A program made the position numbers and the translations under genes. Source: Mobula hypostoma (lineage: Eukaryota). Taken from it: a stretch of DNA of 64,000 bases. The notes under the pieces are model-generated. The model searched no databases. It was not told the origin of the DNA and worked only from the letters and a program-made list of their open reading frames with translations. Where the stretch lies: contig NC_086118.1 in NCBI RefSeq assembly GCF_963921235.1, positions 15,192,001 through 15,256,000 of the forward strand, written 5' to 3'. Positions 1-10,840 of the stretch are shown here, piece by piece. The stretch's first letter is position 1; the number at the start of each line of letters is the position of its first letter.

Positions 1-764
1 TCTAATACCGTCCTAATGTCACATTGACCTTGCCACTGGTTTTTAGCTCTTCTGTGCATGCATGGACCTAGACTACAGTTAGGACTGGAGCCAAGTATTT
101 ACCAGTGAGTGAATGTTGCTTCATAACTTCATTGGCACCTTTCATGAGTTGGTTGCTGTTTAGGAACAAACCAATAGACTAAAAATTGGCTAGATAAGGT
201 TTATTCCAGCAATTTTGGACAGATACATTAATTATTTTTTCAGGTTATAGATATTCTAGGAGAGATATGCTGGAATTATGGTTTGATTTGCTTCAGCACT
301 ACATTCGATATATGATCTGGGATTCAAGCCTCTTCTATATTCCAGAACAATAAATAAACTTCTGGAAGGACTTGACTGGTCAGGCAGCATCTGTGGAAAG
401 AAGTGGATTGGTGACTTTTCAGTTTGAAATACTTGTCATATTTAGTGTGTTTAACCATTCTCCGTGAATTAGCTGAAGACTAACATCTGGAATGCTGGGA
501 ACTGAGGAGAAGGTCATTAATGATCTTACAGTCAGCACTTTGACTGAACTTCATTTAAAATACTTCTGCATTACCATTCACTTGCTGATTTCTACCATCT
601 CTACTGTGGCATATTTAATTTATTTTTCAATTTAGAATAGCAATGAAAGTGACATACAGTAAATGCTTTTTTCCTCCATAAAATTCAATAGAAGTTCTTC
701 TTCCTGCAAATTGTGAACAAATTAATGTTTTCGAACAATACATGGTAATAAAAGCAAACTATTC

Positions 765-862
765 TACTGTATTTCTCTTTTCTACTGTGAATGGCTGCAA
801 GAAAATGAATCTCATGGTGACCTATACATACTTAGATAATAAATTTACTTTGAACTTTGAAT
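765..862 (+). mobile_element. Rex1/Babar-type LINE 3' tail remnant
   Basis: actgtgaatggctgcaagaaaatgaatctc...gataataaatttactttgaactttgaa. The same tail recurs at ~6290-6365, 22200-22285, 56680-56777 and (minus) 19465-19530. Confidence 0.7.
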
Positions 863-1010
863 TTCACTATGCAAGCAATCAAAAGCATATGAAGGAAAGA
901 GTGAAGGAGAGAAGGAATAATCAAAAGATACTCTGCAGTTCTATAGTCATGATCTGTAAGAAAACATCATTCCAAAATATCCTGATAATGGATTTGCTGG
1001 TACAATAATT

Positions 1011-1522
1011 TCATTCGTAAGGCCAGTGATGTTGTGGGGTCATTCGTAAGGCCAGTGATGTTGTGGGGATGGAACTGGACTCTGATGGTGGTGTCTGAAA
1101 AGAGGATGCTGTCTAAGTTGCATGCCATCTTGATCAATGTCTCCCATCCAATACATAATGTACTGGTTGGGCACAGGAGTACATTCAGCCAGAGACTCAC
1201 TTCTCTGAGATGCAGCACAGAGCGTCATAGGAAGTCATTCCTGCCTGTGGCCATCAAACTTTACAACTCCTCCCTTGGAGGGTCAGACACCCTGAGCCAA
1301 CAGGCTGGTCCTGGACTTAATTCATAATTTACTGGCATAACTTACATATTACTATTTTCTACTACTATTCCTTTACTATTTATTATTTCTATGACTATTA
1401 CTATTTACTAATAGTAATATTGCTATTACTATTTCTATTACTACTTATTATTTATGGTGCAACTGGAACAAAAACCAATTTCCCCCGGGATCAATAAAGT
1501 ATGACTATGACTACGACTATGA
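1011..1522 (+). mobile_element. Rex1/Babar LINE, 5'-truncated 3' fragment
   Basis: Encodes the C-terminal SHPIH...TERHRKSFLPVAIKLYN motif, followed by AATAAA and an (ATGACT)n tail. Highly similar to 3455-3878. Confidence 0.85.
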
Positions 1523-2334
1523 ATTACAATCCTACACTGGGGTTCATTTGCACTTTGCTGCTTATGTTTATAAAGCCGAAGAAAAATACTTCCAGGGCAG
1601 GTTAGCTATTGTGTTGAGATCCCTGGCCGCCTCGTCTTAGGCCATGTTTCTTTTTCCCCCCAAACTTTCACAGGAAGTCCACCTCACAGTATTTTACTTA
1701 GGGGCTAATCTCACTGCAGCCAGGCAGTTGCATTGACAGAATGGCTTTGACAGCTGGATAAGACATGCCCCACAGGCTCAGTGACTGCCAGAGTTGTTGC
1801 ATGTGTTTGATATTCATATTCACTTAAAGTTTACTAAAATTAAATAACTAAAAAAAAGTTTTTTTTGGAGATAAGGGATTAAAACATATAGAACATACAT
1901 CAAGACAATATTTAAAATATTTAAGATAACAACTAAATACTCCATTTTCATTGCTAATTTCACCCTTTCATTTGAGTGGTCACATTGCATTTGCATCAGG
2001 TTTAACTTTGGCACAGGCTCTGCAGGTAGTTTTCCCAGCCCAAGAGCTGGGAGTCTGCAGAAACTAGTTCTGTCCCATTAGACCCCATGATGAGTCCAAA
2101 TGGACAGAATTGGTACAGCCAGCAATCATGAACAGAGAAGATACCGGATGATATCATAATCTCATGCCAGAATTTTGCATCAGAAATTCTCCTGAAGAAC
2201 ATTATTAAATCTGGTTTAATCTGTAAACCAGAATAAAAAATTTACCCCTTTACAATTCTAAATTAGTAACTTAACATTAAAAATATCTAGTCAGATCATG
2301 CAATAAAGTGCATTTCACTTTAAATCAAAACATG

Positions 2335-2422
2335 GTATGAGTCTTGGCCTGAAACATCAACTGTACTCTTTTCCATAGATGCTGCCTGGCCTGCTGAGTT
2401 CCCCTAGCATTCTGAGTTTGTT
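2335..2422 (+). repeat. Penelope-like terminal repeat (pLTR) remnant
   Basis: gtcttggcctgaaacatcaactgtactcttttccatagatgctgcctggcctgctgagttcc matches the terminus of the PLEs at 18571-18668 and 42734-42870. Confidence 0.75.
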
Positions 2423-2991
2423 AAGTCCATACAATAATATTCATTATTACCTCATTTCAGATAATCTAGTAATGACAGTTCACCTTACATGCAATCAACG
2501 TAGGAGTTCTCTATAAAATGCCAAAATGTTATAAAATTATCTTTTTTTTTGCTACAGACTTTAAACTGCTGGAAGAACTCAGCAGGTCAAACAACATCTG
2601 TGGAGACAAAGGACAGTTAATGCTTTGGGTTTATCCCCTGCAACAGGACTGAGTGTGTAGAAGGAAGATATTCAGTATATAGGAATGAAAAGGAGTGAAA
2701 CAAGTTTGCACTTACAAGATCCAAATTGCTTGACCAGTGAATGTACATTAATAATCTGGAATTTTAAGGTTGTGATTTCAACAAACTGTCAGTACTTCCC
2801 AGCATTACTTTTTGAATTCAATGACACAAGCTTTTAGCAGGCACACATTGTGAGGTACAGAAACAGAGTTAGTGGCATGCTGTTCCTTTATACAATGAAT
2901 CACTCCATGATACACTAATATCCATTGTTGAATGAGATGTACCTGAGTCTTTAGCAACACAGGAGGTTACAATTATTGCATAATAACTGTA

Positions 2992-3878
2992 AGAAGTTTT
3001 CAGAAGTTTTCTGATGACTCTGCCGTAGTTGGATGCATCAGCAAGGGATATAAGGCTGAGTACAGGGCTACGGTAGGAAACTTTGTCGCATGGTGTGAGC
3101 AGAATTATCTGCAGCTTAATGTCAAAAAGACTAAGGAGCTGGTGGTAGACCTGAGGAAAGCTAAGGTACCGGTGACCCCTGTTTCCATCCAGGGGGTCAG
3201 TGTGGACATGGTGGAGGATTACAAATACCTGGGGATATGAATTGACAATAAACTGGACTTGTCAAGGAACACTGAGGCTGTCTACAAGAAGGGTCAGAGC
3301 CGTCTCTATTTCCTGAGGAGACTGAGGTCCTTTAACATATACCAGATGATGCTGAGGAGGTTCTACGAGTCTGCGGTGGCCAGTACTATCATGTTTGCTG
3401 TTGTGCGCTGGGGCAGCAGGCTGAGGGTAGCAGACACCAACAGAATCAACAAACTCATTTGTAAGACCAGTGATGTTGTGGGGATGGAACTGGACTCTCT
3501 GACGGTGATGTCTGAAAAGAGGATGCTGTCCAAGTTGCATGCCATCTTGGACAATGTCTCCCATCCACTACATAATGTACTGGTTGGGCACAGGAGTACA
3601 TTCAGCCAGAGACTCATTCCACCGAGATACAACACAGAGCGTCATAGGAAGTCATTCCTGCCTGTGACCATCAAACTTTAAAACTCCTCCCTTGGAGGGT
3701 CAGACACCCTGAGCCAATAGGCTGGTCCTGGACTTATTTCCTGCATAAATAATTTACATATTACTATTTAACTATTTATGGTCTTATTACTATTTATTAT
3801 TTATGGTGCAACTGTAACGAAAACCAATCCCACCAGCCCCCCCCGGGATCAATAAAGTATGATATGACCATGACTATA
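2992..3878 (+). mobile_element. Rex1/Babar LINE, RT C-terminal half plus 3' UTR (pseudogene)
   Basis: Frame reads KFSDDSAVVG...WCEQNYLQLNVKKTKELVVD...YKYLG*...KKGQSRLYFLRRLRSF, with an in-frame stop and an (ATGACT)-like tail. Confidence 0.9.
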
Positions 3879-4805
3879 ACAAGCTCATTGAACCCTACAA
3901 TCAAATTTCATATACATGGAGTTGAATGCCTTCAGAAAACATATTTCAAACTTCCAAGGTGTTCTTAATGTTTATAAATGGAACCTCAAGAAGACACTTT
4001 GATCAACGCTGAGAAGCTGGCCCAGGGGGCCTGTTTCTGAGTTAGACATATTAACTTTAAACTGCTGGAAGAACTCAGCAGATCAAGCAGCATCTGTGGA
4101 GACAAAGGACAGTTTCTGTTTTGGGTTTTGTCCTTGCATCACAAAATGTGGTGGGTGAACTAACTTCGCAGTGATTTAAGCTGGTTTGAAATTGCATGCA
4201 GCAGTTACTAGAAAAAGCAGATCAAAAATCTAATCTGATTTCATGATGTGATTTGTGTTTTACTAATTCCTCAGAATGAAAGATATCAATACAGTTGCAC
4301 TCTCCTTTCCTTAGGACCCTTCAATATATACCTCTCCAGGGATCAAGGCTAACTTACTTCCCCACTGGATACGTGAGGTCTGAGGGGGCTGATGAGGACA
4401 GTGTGAGAGCTAAAGACTTTGACAGATGGAGCAGGAAATACCCACAACACCAGTGGGTAGATGCCCTCTTCCACTGTTTATGCTGGCATTCTGTGTGCTA
4501 CTACTTTCAGTGACATCCCCGATGGACTATCCCCACTTTGAGCAGTCAAATGCTAGAGATTCTCAGGACTCTGTGGGAAGGTTGCATCAATTTTTCCCCA
4601 AGGAGGCTTTTCTAGCTTTCATGAAGCAAATGCAAGATGAAGATGCAGGTAGCTAAGCGGGTGGAGATGTTCCACAGTCCCTCACTGTTGACAAAAATCA
4701 GAGGTTGAAGACGGCCATGCACAGGTATAGTGACCCCTTCCTGCACTACTCAAAAGTTGTTGCAAGACGTCTGCAATTGAAATGAATCAGAGTCAGGTTT
4801 ATTAT

Positions 4806-5075
4806 TTTATTTTTATTTATTTATTGACATACAGCAGGGGAATAGGCCCTTTGGGCCCTCCGAGCCACACTGCCCAGCACCCACTGATTTAACCCTAGCC
4901 AAATCATGGGACAATTTAACCACTTAACCTACTAACCAGTACAGCTTTGGTCTGTGGGAGGAAACCCACACACCCCATAGACAGGACATACAGACTCCTT
5001 ACAGATGACGTCAGAACTGAGCTCTGAATTCCAACACCCCTAGTTGTAATAGCGTCGTGCAACTACTACACTTCT
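4806..5075 (-). mobile_element. tRNA-derived SINE (HE1/V-SINE-like)
   Basis: Minus strand has a tRNA-like head, a gtgggtttcctccca core, a CR1-like gaagggcctattcc segment and an (AAAT)n tail. Confidence 0.7.
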
Positions 5076-5167
5076 GTTATCATGGACAGAGGTTGTGAAA
5101 TTTGTTGTTTTGAGGGAGCAATACAGTGCAATATATAAAATAGACTATAAATTACAATAAGAAATAT

Positions 5168-7322
5168 AAGACCATAAGACACAGTAGAAGCAGAATTATG
5201 CCAATCGGCCCATCAAGTCTGCGCCATCATTCCATCATGGCTGACTTATTATCCTTGTCAACCCCATTCTCCTACCTTCTCTCCATAACCTTTGACAATT
5301 AAGCAAGAACCAGTCAACCTCCACCTTAAATAAGCCCAAAGATTTGGCCTGCACAGCTGTTTGTAGCAATGAATTCAACAGATTCTCCACCCTCCGGCTA
5401 AAGAGAATTTCCCTCTTCTCTGTTCTAAATTGATGTCCCTCTATTCCGAGGCTGTGTCCGCTGATCCTAGACTCCCCCACAAAAGGAAACATCCTCTCCA
5501 CATCCAGTCTATCAACATTTGATAAGTTTCAATGAGATCTTCCCTCATTTTTCTTAACTCCAGCAAGATACTGGCCCAGAGCCATAAAACGCTCCTCGTA
5601 CGTTAACCCTTTCATTTCTGGGAATATTTCCGTGACTCTCCTCTGGACCCTCTCCAGATAAGGGCCCAAAACTTCTCTCAATACTCCAAATGTGCTACGA
5701 CTAATGTTTTCTAAGGCCTCAGCATTACATCCTCGCTTTTGTATTCTAGTCCTCTTGAAATGAATGCTAACATTGCATTTGCCTTCCTTACACTGACTCA
5801 ACCTGCAAGTTAGGGAATCCTGCATGACGACTCCCGAGGCCCCCTGCACATCTGAATTTACATGAAACACTGTGGCAGCAGAGCAGCATCCATCATCAGA
5901 GATCCCCAACACCCAGGTCACCCCAGGTGACCCCTGGGTCATCCCAGGGTCACACTCTCTTCTCACTCACGCTCACCCCAGGGTCATCCCAGGTCACGCT
6001 CTCTTCTCACTGCTGCCATCAGGTAGAAGGTACAGGAGCCTCAGACTCACACCACCAGGTTCAAGAACAGTAACCACCCCTCAACCATCAGGCTCCTGAG
6101 TAAAAGGGGTAACTATTTACTGACCCCATCATTGAAATCATTTCAGGACTCTTTATTTCATTATCTTATGTTCTTACTATTTATTGCTATTGATTTATAT
6201 TTGCATTTGCACAGTTTGCTGTCTTCTGCACTCAGGTCGACCTTTCATTGATACTGTTACAGTTACTATTTCATAGATTTGCTGAGTATGCCCACAGGAA
6301 AATGAATCTTCGGGTTGTGTATGGTGACATACATGTACTTTGATAATAAATTTACTTTGAATTTTGAATTTTCTCCCAATTTAGAAAATAGTCCAAACTT
6401 TTATTTGTTTCATCAAAGTGCATAACCACGCACTTCCCTGCACCATATTCCATCTGCCACTTCTTTGGCCAATACAAGTCCTCTGCAGTCACCCTGCTTC
6501 CTCAACAATACCTGCCTCTCCACTGATCTTCATATTGTCCGCAAACTTAGCCACAAAGCCAACAATTGCTTCGTCTGAATCACTGACATATAACATGAAA
6601 AGAAGCAGTCCGAACACCGATCCCTATGGAACTCCACTCATCACCAGCAGCCAACCAGAAAAAAAAGACCCCTTTATTCCCACTGCCTCCTGCTAGTCAG
6701 CAAATCTTCAGTCCACGCTGGTATCTTTCCTGTAATATCACGGGCTGTAATCTTGTTAAGTAGCCCCAAGTGTGGCAACTTATTAAAGGCTTTCTGGAAA
6801 TCCAAATAAACAACATCCACTGACTCTCCTTTGTCTATCCTGCCTGACTATTCCTCAAGGAATTCCAACGGATTTCTCACGCAAAATTTCCCTTCAGGAA
6901 ACCATGCTGACTTCAGACTGTTCACCCTCCCCCTTGAGAATGCTGTGGACCCAATCTGAGACATCCCTGGCCCTGGCAACACACCACCTGGGTGTCTTTT
7001 TCATATCCACAGAATCTGCCCTCTTCCAATTATGGAATCTCCTTTCACTACTGACTCCTTTTCTCCCCCTTCTCTTCAAAGCCACAGAGACAGACTCTGT
7101 GATCAGGTTGCTGTGGTTCCTCCCTACCCCTCTCAATGGTGTCCAAAGTGGTATACTATTATGGAGGGGGAAAGGCGCCAGCAATTCTCTGCATTGGCTG
7201 CCTATTCCCTCTCCCTCTCCAGGTATCTGCCTCCTGCAACTTAGGGGTGACTACCTCCCAGTAGCTCCCTCATTTTCTGTATGAGCTGAAGGTCATCCAG
7301 CTGTAGCTCCATTTCCTTAACA
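5168..7322 (-). mobile_element. CR1 LINE, internally deleted (ORF2 3' part 5168-6915, probable ORF1 part 6920-7322), interrupted at 5860-6364
   Basis: LERVQRRVTEIFPEMKGLTYEERF and GESRISGHSL...FSRRVENLLNSL motifs, plus a CR1 tail (cttatggtctt on the minus strand). Confidence 0.85.
5860..6364 (+). mobile_element. Rex1/Babar LINE 3' fragment inserted in CR1
   Basis: HALFSLLPSGRRYRSL motif and aataaatttactttgaa tail, flanked by tgaattt at 5853-5859 and 6365-6371. Confidence 0.85.
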
Positions 7323-7628
7323 TACATAAGTAGTGCAAAAAGAGAGCAAAAATAGTGAGGGTAGTGTTCATCAATCATTCAGAAATCTGGTGGTGGAGGG
7401 GAAGAATCTTTACTAAAACAGATTATGTTTCTCCAAGCTCCTGCTCCTCGACACTATAAATAGTTGCTGCTCAACCAAGCTGTGTTCATATCAAACATTG
7501 CTGTGTCAGCTACAAGGTGGCCAGATGTTAACTGAAACTTCCTCTTCTCCAGCTGTTGCTATTGGGGGAAAGATGACCATGATATTTAAAAGCTGCAAGA
7601 ATTGCCCAATTTCAAATCTGTTGAAATA

Positions 7629-8446
7629 CAGTGGATTCCATTAACTGCAGCACTCTGGGACCAGTACATTTTGCCCCAATTAAGTAGCTGCCCCAGATAG
7701 CTGAAGTTTCATGGAAATAGTTAAAAGGCAAACTACCATTTAACTGAGTAACAATTTATGTATTAATATGAAATATGGAACAAATTAGAACACTACCAAT
7801 AACTCTACAGTAGTATAAAAGTGTGTATTAGTTCCTAATAGTTATCCACAGAGGAATTCATCTGCCATATTATTTTGACTGGAAATGAACAAAGTAAGCA
7901 CAGACCCCTAGTGCAGATAATGGACTGCCTTTATACAATGTTTTCCCAGGGGTTAATGGTGGGGGTCCATGGCATTAAAAAAGGTTGGGAACCACTGCTT
8001 TAGACAATTGCATCATCCAGATCTTCATTTCCTTGTAATATTCAAGATGATTGTCGATACGTTCATAATTCCTAACTTGTTGAAGTAGTGAAATCATTTC
8101 ATTTTCACTCCCAGCCATTTCTGGCATCTCCAAGCCTGGATGCTTGAAACTGCGGTAAGCAAAACAGTTCCAAATTGCCTTACTGCTTATTTCTTGCCAA
8201 CTATTAGTGACAAAAATCACTGTTTTCTGAACACAAACACACGCAACTGACACTAATTAGAAAGTGTTTGGCAACAGTCTCCTGTCCCAATTAAACAGCA
8301 CGGTGTCCCAAATAAACATCCGTCTCTTTTATGCCTTTTAACTATACCAGCTTTTTTTTCCTCAATTTAGTTTTTGTTCTTTAAGAGTTGTCCCAAATAA
8401 ACAGCTATTCTAGTTAAATGATGGCCTAATTAACCAGAATCCATTA
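7629..8446 (-). mobile_element. Non-autonomous pogo/Tigger-like DNA transposon
   Basis: TA-flanked TIRs cagtggattc...gaatccatta and a DDE_1 C-terminal-like remnant (SWQEISSKAIWNCF). A second copy lies at 61699-62496. Confidence 0.75.
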
Positions 8447-8679
8447 TATATAGAAAATTGTTTTAAATGGGAAGATACTGTACATTAGAATAGACTGCAA
8501 TTGTAAATCAGTTGTCACTTTTACTGATCAATGGTGAACAGAATTGCTCTTCTTTCACTTCAAAATTGCAACTTGGTCATCAGACCTTCTACTGCATGCC
8601 CCACAAACCATCTCGTAGTTATTTAGTGAGAGTACTTTATAGAATCATTGTCAGTCCACCAACTCAATTCTGATCAAGT

Positions 8680-8941
8680 ACTCATTTACACTAATCTTCT
8701 TTTGTTCTCTCTACACTCCCAACAACTCCACCCCCTCCTCCAGATTCTACCATTTATCTACACACCTGAGGCAACTTACAGTGGCCAAATAACTGTTTTT
8801 GGGACGAGGGAAGAATCTGGAGAAAACACACTGTCATAGGAGAGGAATTGCAACCTCCACACAGACAGCACTTGAGGTCAATATTGAACCAGGTCACTGG
8901 AGCCGTGAGGTAGCAGGTCTACAGCAGTGCCACTGAGCCAC
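8680..8941 (-). mobile_element. tRNA-derived SINE (HE1/V-SINE-like)
   Basis: Minus strand has A/B-box-like segments (gtggcactgctgtag; ggttcaatattg) followed by a tgtctgtgtggaggttgc core. Confidence 0.7.
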
Positions 8942-9313
8942 ATACTTAGCATGTGATGAATTATTGCCAAGTTTTACTTCATGACCTTGTTTTTCACAAG
9001 GAACTTGACGAAAAGAACTCAAAGGAATTACATATCAGACACTTCAAATTAACTGATTCTGCTTGTTTTTTCTCCCTAATAAATCTAGGCTGACATCCCA
9101 GAATGAAAAAAGAGAATGCGTGAAACCTTTACTATCACTTCTATTCCTAGTCTTACAGGGGTTGCAATAAGCTGACAAAGATGATTAGGTATGTTCTTGA
9201 AAAATGCCCACAAGAAAGCAGCCACCTGCATCTTTTAATGTGCATGCCAGGCTCTCAGAATTTCAGTTGTCATCTCAAATTGGAATGACTGGAGCAGCTC
9301 CATGGACAAATAA

Positions 9314-10278
9314 AACTGGACAACAAAGTTTTTCAGAAGTATTGCTTCCTCAGAATTTTTTTTTGTTTATGATAGACTGCTTGAAGATGAACACAAATAT
9401 AATTTCAGACTGCTTCTATCACGTAGGAATTTGGAGAAACAACAAATTAACTTTTATTGAATATAATGTGTTTAATTGCATAATGGTGCTGATGCTTTGC
9501 AATAGTTCAACTAAGTTAAAAATACTTTGTTAATGATTTTCATTTGCACTCAGTGTCTGAGGCTTCTTGCTTAAGTGTCCAACAATAATTCGCCAGCTTT
9601 GACGGTATCTTTTCTCTGTGACCGCAATGTCCTGGTGAAACCCTTCACCATGCTCGTCACTAACAGCACCAAGATTTGCAGAGAAGAAGTCTAAATGGGA
9701 ATGCAGAAAATGAATCTTTAGTGACATGCTGCATTTCATGGTTTTATATGCTTGAAGCATGCTTTCAACCAGTTGCATGTAGTTTGGTGCTCTTCAGATG
9801 CCGAGAAAAATTTCAACAACTTCCTTGAATCTCTGGTCCCACTAGAAATTCTTAAAATTGCCTGTTATTGATGACCTGTTTGATTTGTGGACCAACAAAA
9901 ATGCTTTCCTTAATCTTGGCATCAGTTATTCTGGGAAGCATCTGTCTCAAATATCAAAAACCTTCAGAGAAATTTTTGTGCCTGGTGATAGCAAATTCCA
10001 TCCTTACAGTCCTGAACCCAATAATTATTACTGAAACCTGTCCTGCCATGCGGCAGCCACACCACCTAAGCCTGCCTGGACAAGATAGGAAACTTTCCAG
10101 CTTACATTGTAGGCAACATTTTAATTGACTTGAATTATGAATTGAAATAATAAACATAAGCGATTTCAAAAAATGGTGCATGATCAGAAAATTCCACAGT
10201 GATTTTCATGATCAGTAGCCCAAAATTCATAAGATACACCCAGAGGTATTCAGGAAGCAAAACCTTTGTTGTCCAGTG
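9314..10278 (-). mobile_element. Chapaev3 (CMC) DNA transposon, internally deleted
   Basis: TIRs (a/c)actggacaacaaag...ctttgttgtccagtg, a 3-bp TAA duplication (9311-9313, 10279-10281), and the transposase motif MSLKIHFLHSHLDFF..NLGAVSDEHGEGFHQDI. Confidence 0.85.
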
Positions 10279-10840
10279 TAATGAGGGAGTGGTCCACCCA
10301 GGGAAGCTTTTTGAATGTCCAACTCAGAAGTGCAGCAGCTCTTTGTCACTCAACTGGGAAACGTGGATTCAATAGGGTATTTACCTCCTTGCTAAGCATC
10401 TGAGGAAAGGAGATGGGAGGGCAGTGAGAGCGAGCTGGACTCGTGAGGAAGATTTGAGGGACGAAGGAACATAAAAGGAGAAGCTTGGTTAAAACAGCAG
10501 TGAAATACGAACGTATTTAAATAGGGAATAGCGTTTTCACTATGTTGTTACCTTTCTCCTAATATAATTTTCCTGAGCCAGGCAGCCAACCTGGATGGCT
10601 CACCCTGGGCTGGTCCTGTATTTGTTCTGACACTGGCTGCGGAGTTCTACCCAGAACTTTACAGTCAGTGGCAAGCCCTAGTGGTTCATCATAACTGGAA
10701 TTGTCCTCAGGGCAATCCCTCCAGATTATTATTTCAGGGAACTACAGAAATTTTTCATAGCAGGGAAAAACAAGCCCTGCTTACAACAAGCCACTCAACA
10801 ACCTAAAGGTTTGAAGCACAGTGTTAGAAACCCCCAAATA

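Larger units (their letters stand above)
4785..7450 (-). mobile_element. Rex-type LINE 3' end split by nested insertions (pieces ~4785-4805, 5076-5167, 7323-7450)
   Basis: Minus-strand tail aataaacctgactctgatt. The 3' UTR resumes after the SINE and again after the CR1, and resembles the plus-strand Rex tail at 34670-34720/36314-36345. Confidence 0.6.

Noticed and set aside
2002..2220. Minus-strand ORF downstream of an acceptor-like ttttttattctggtttacag
   Set aside because: The peptide is not recognisable and no partner exons were found.
4290..4760. Short ORFs in possibly old LINE-derived sequence
   Set aside because: No motif could be assigned with confidence.
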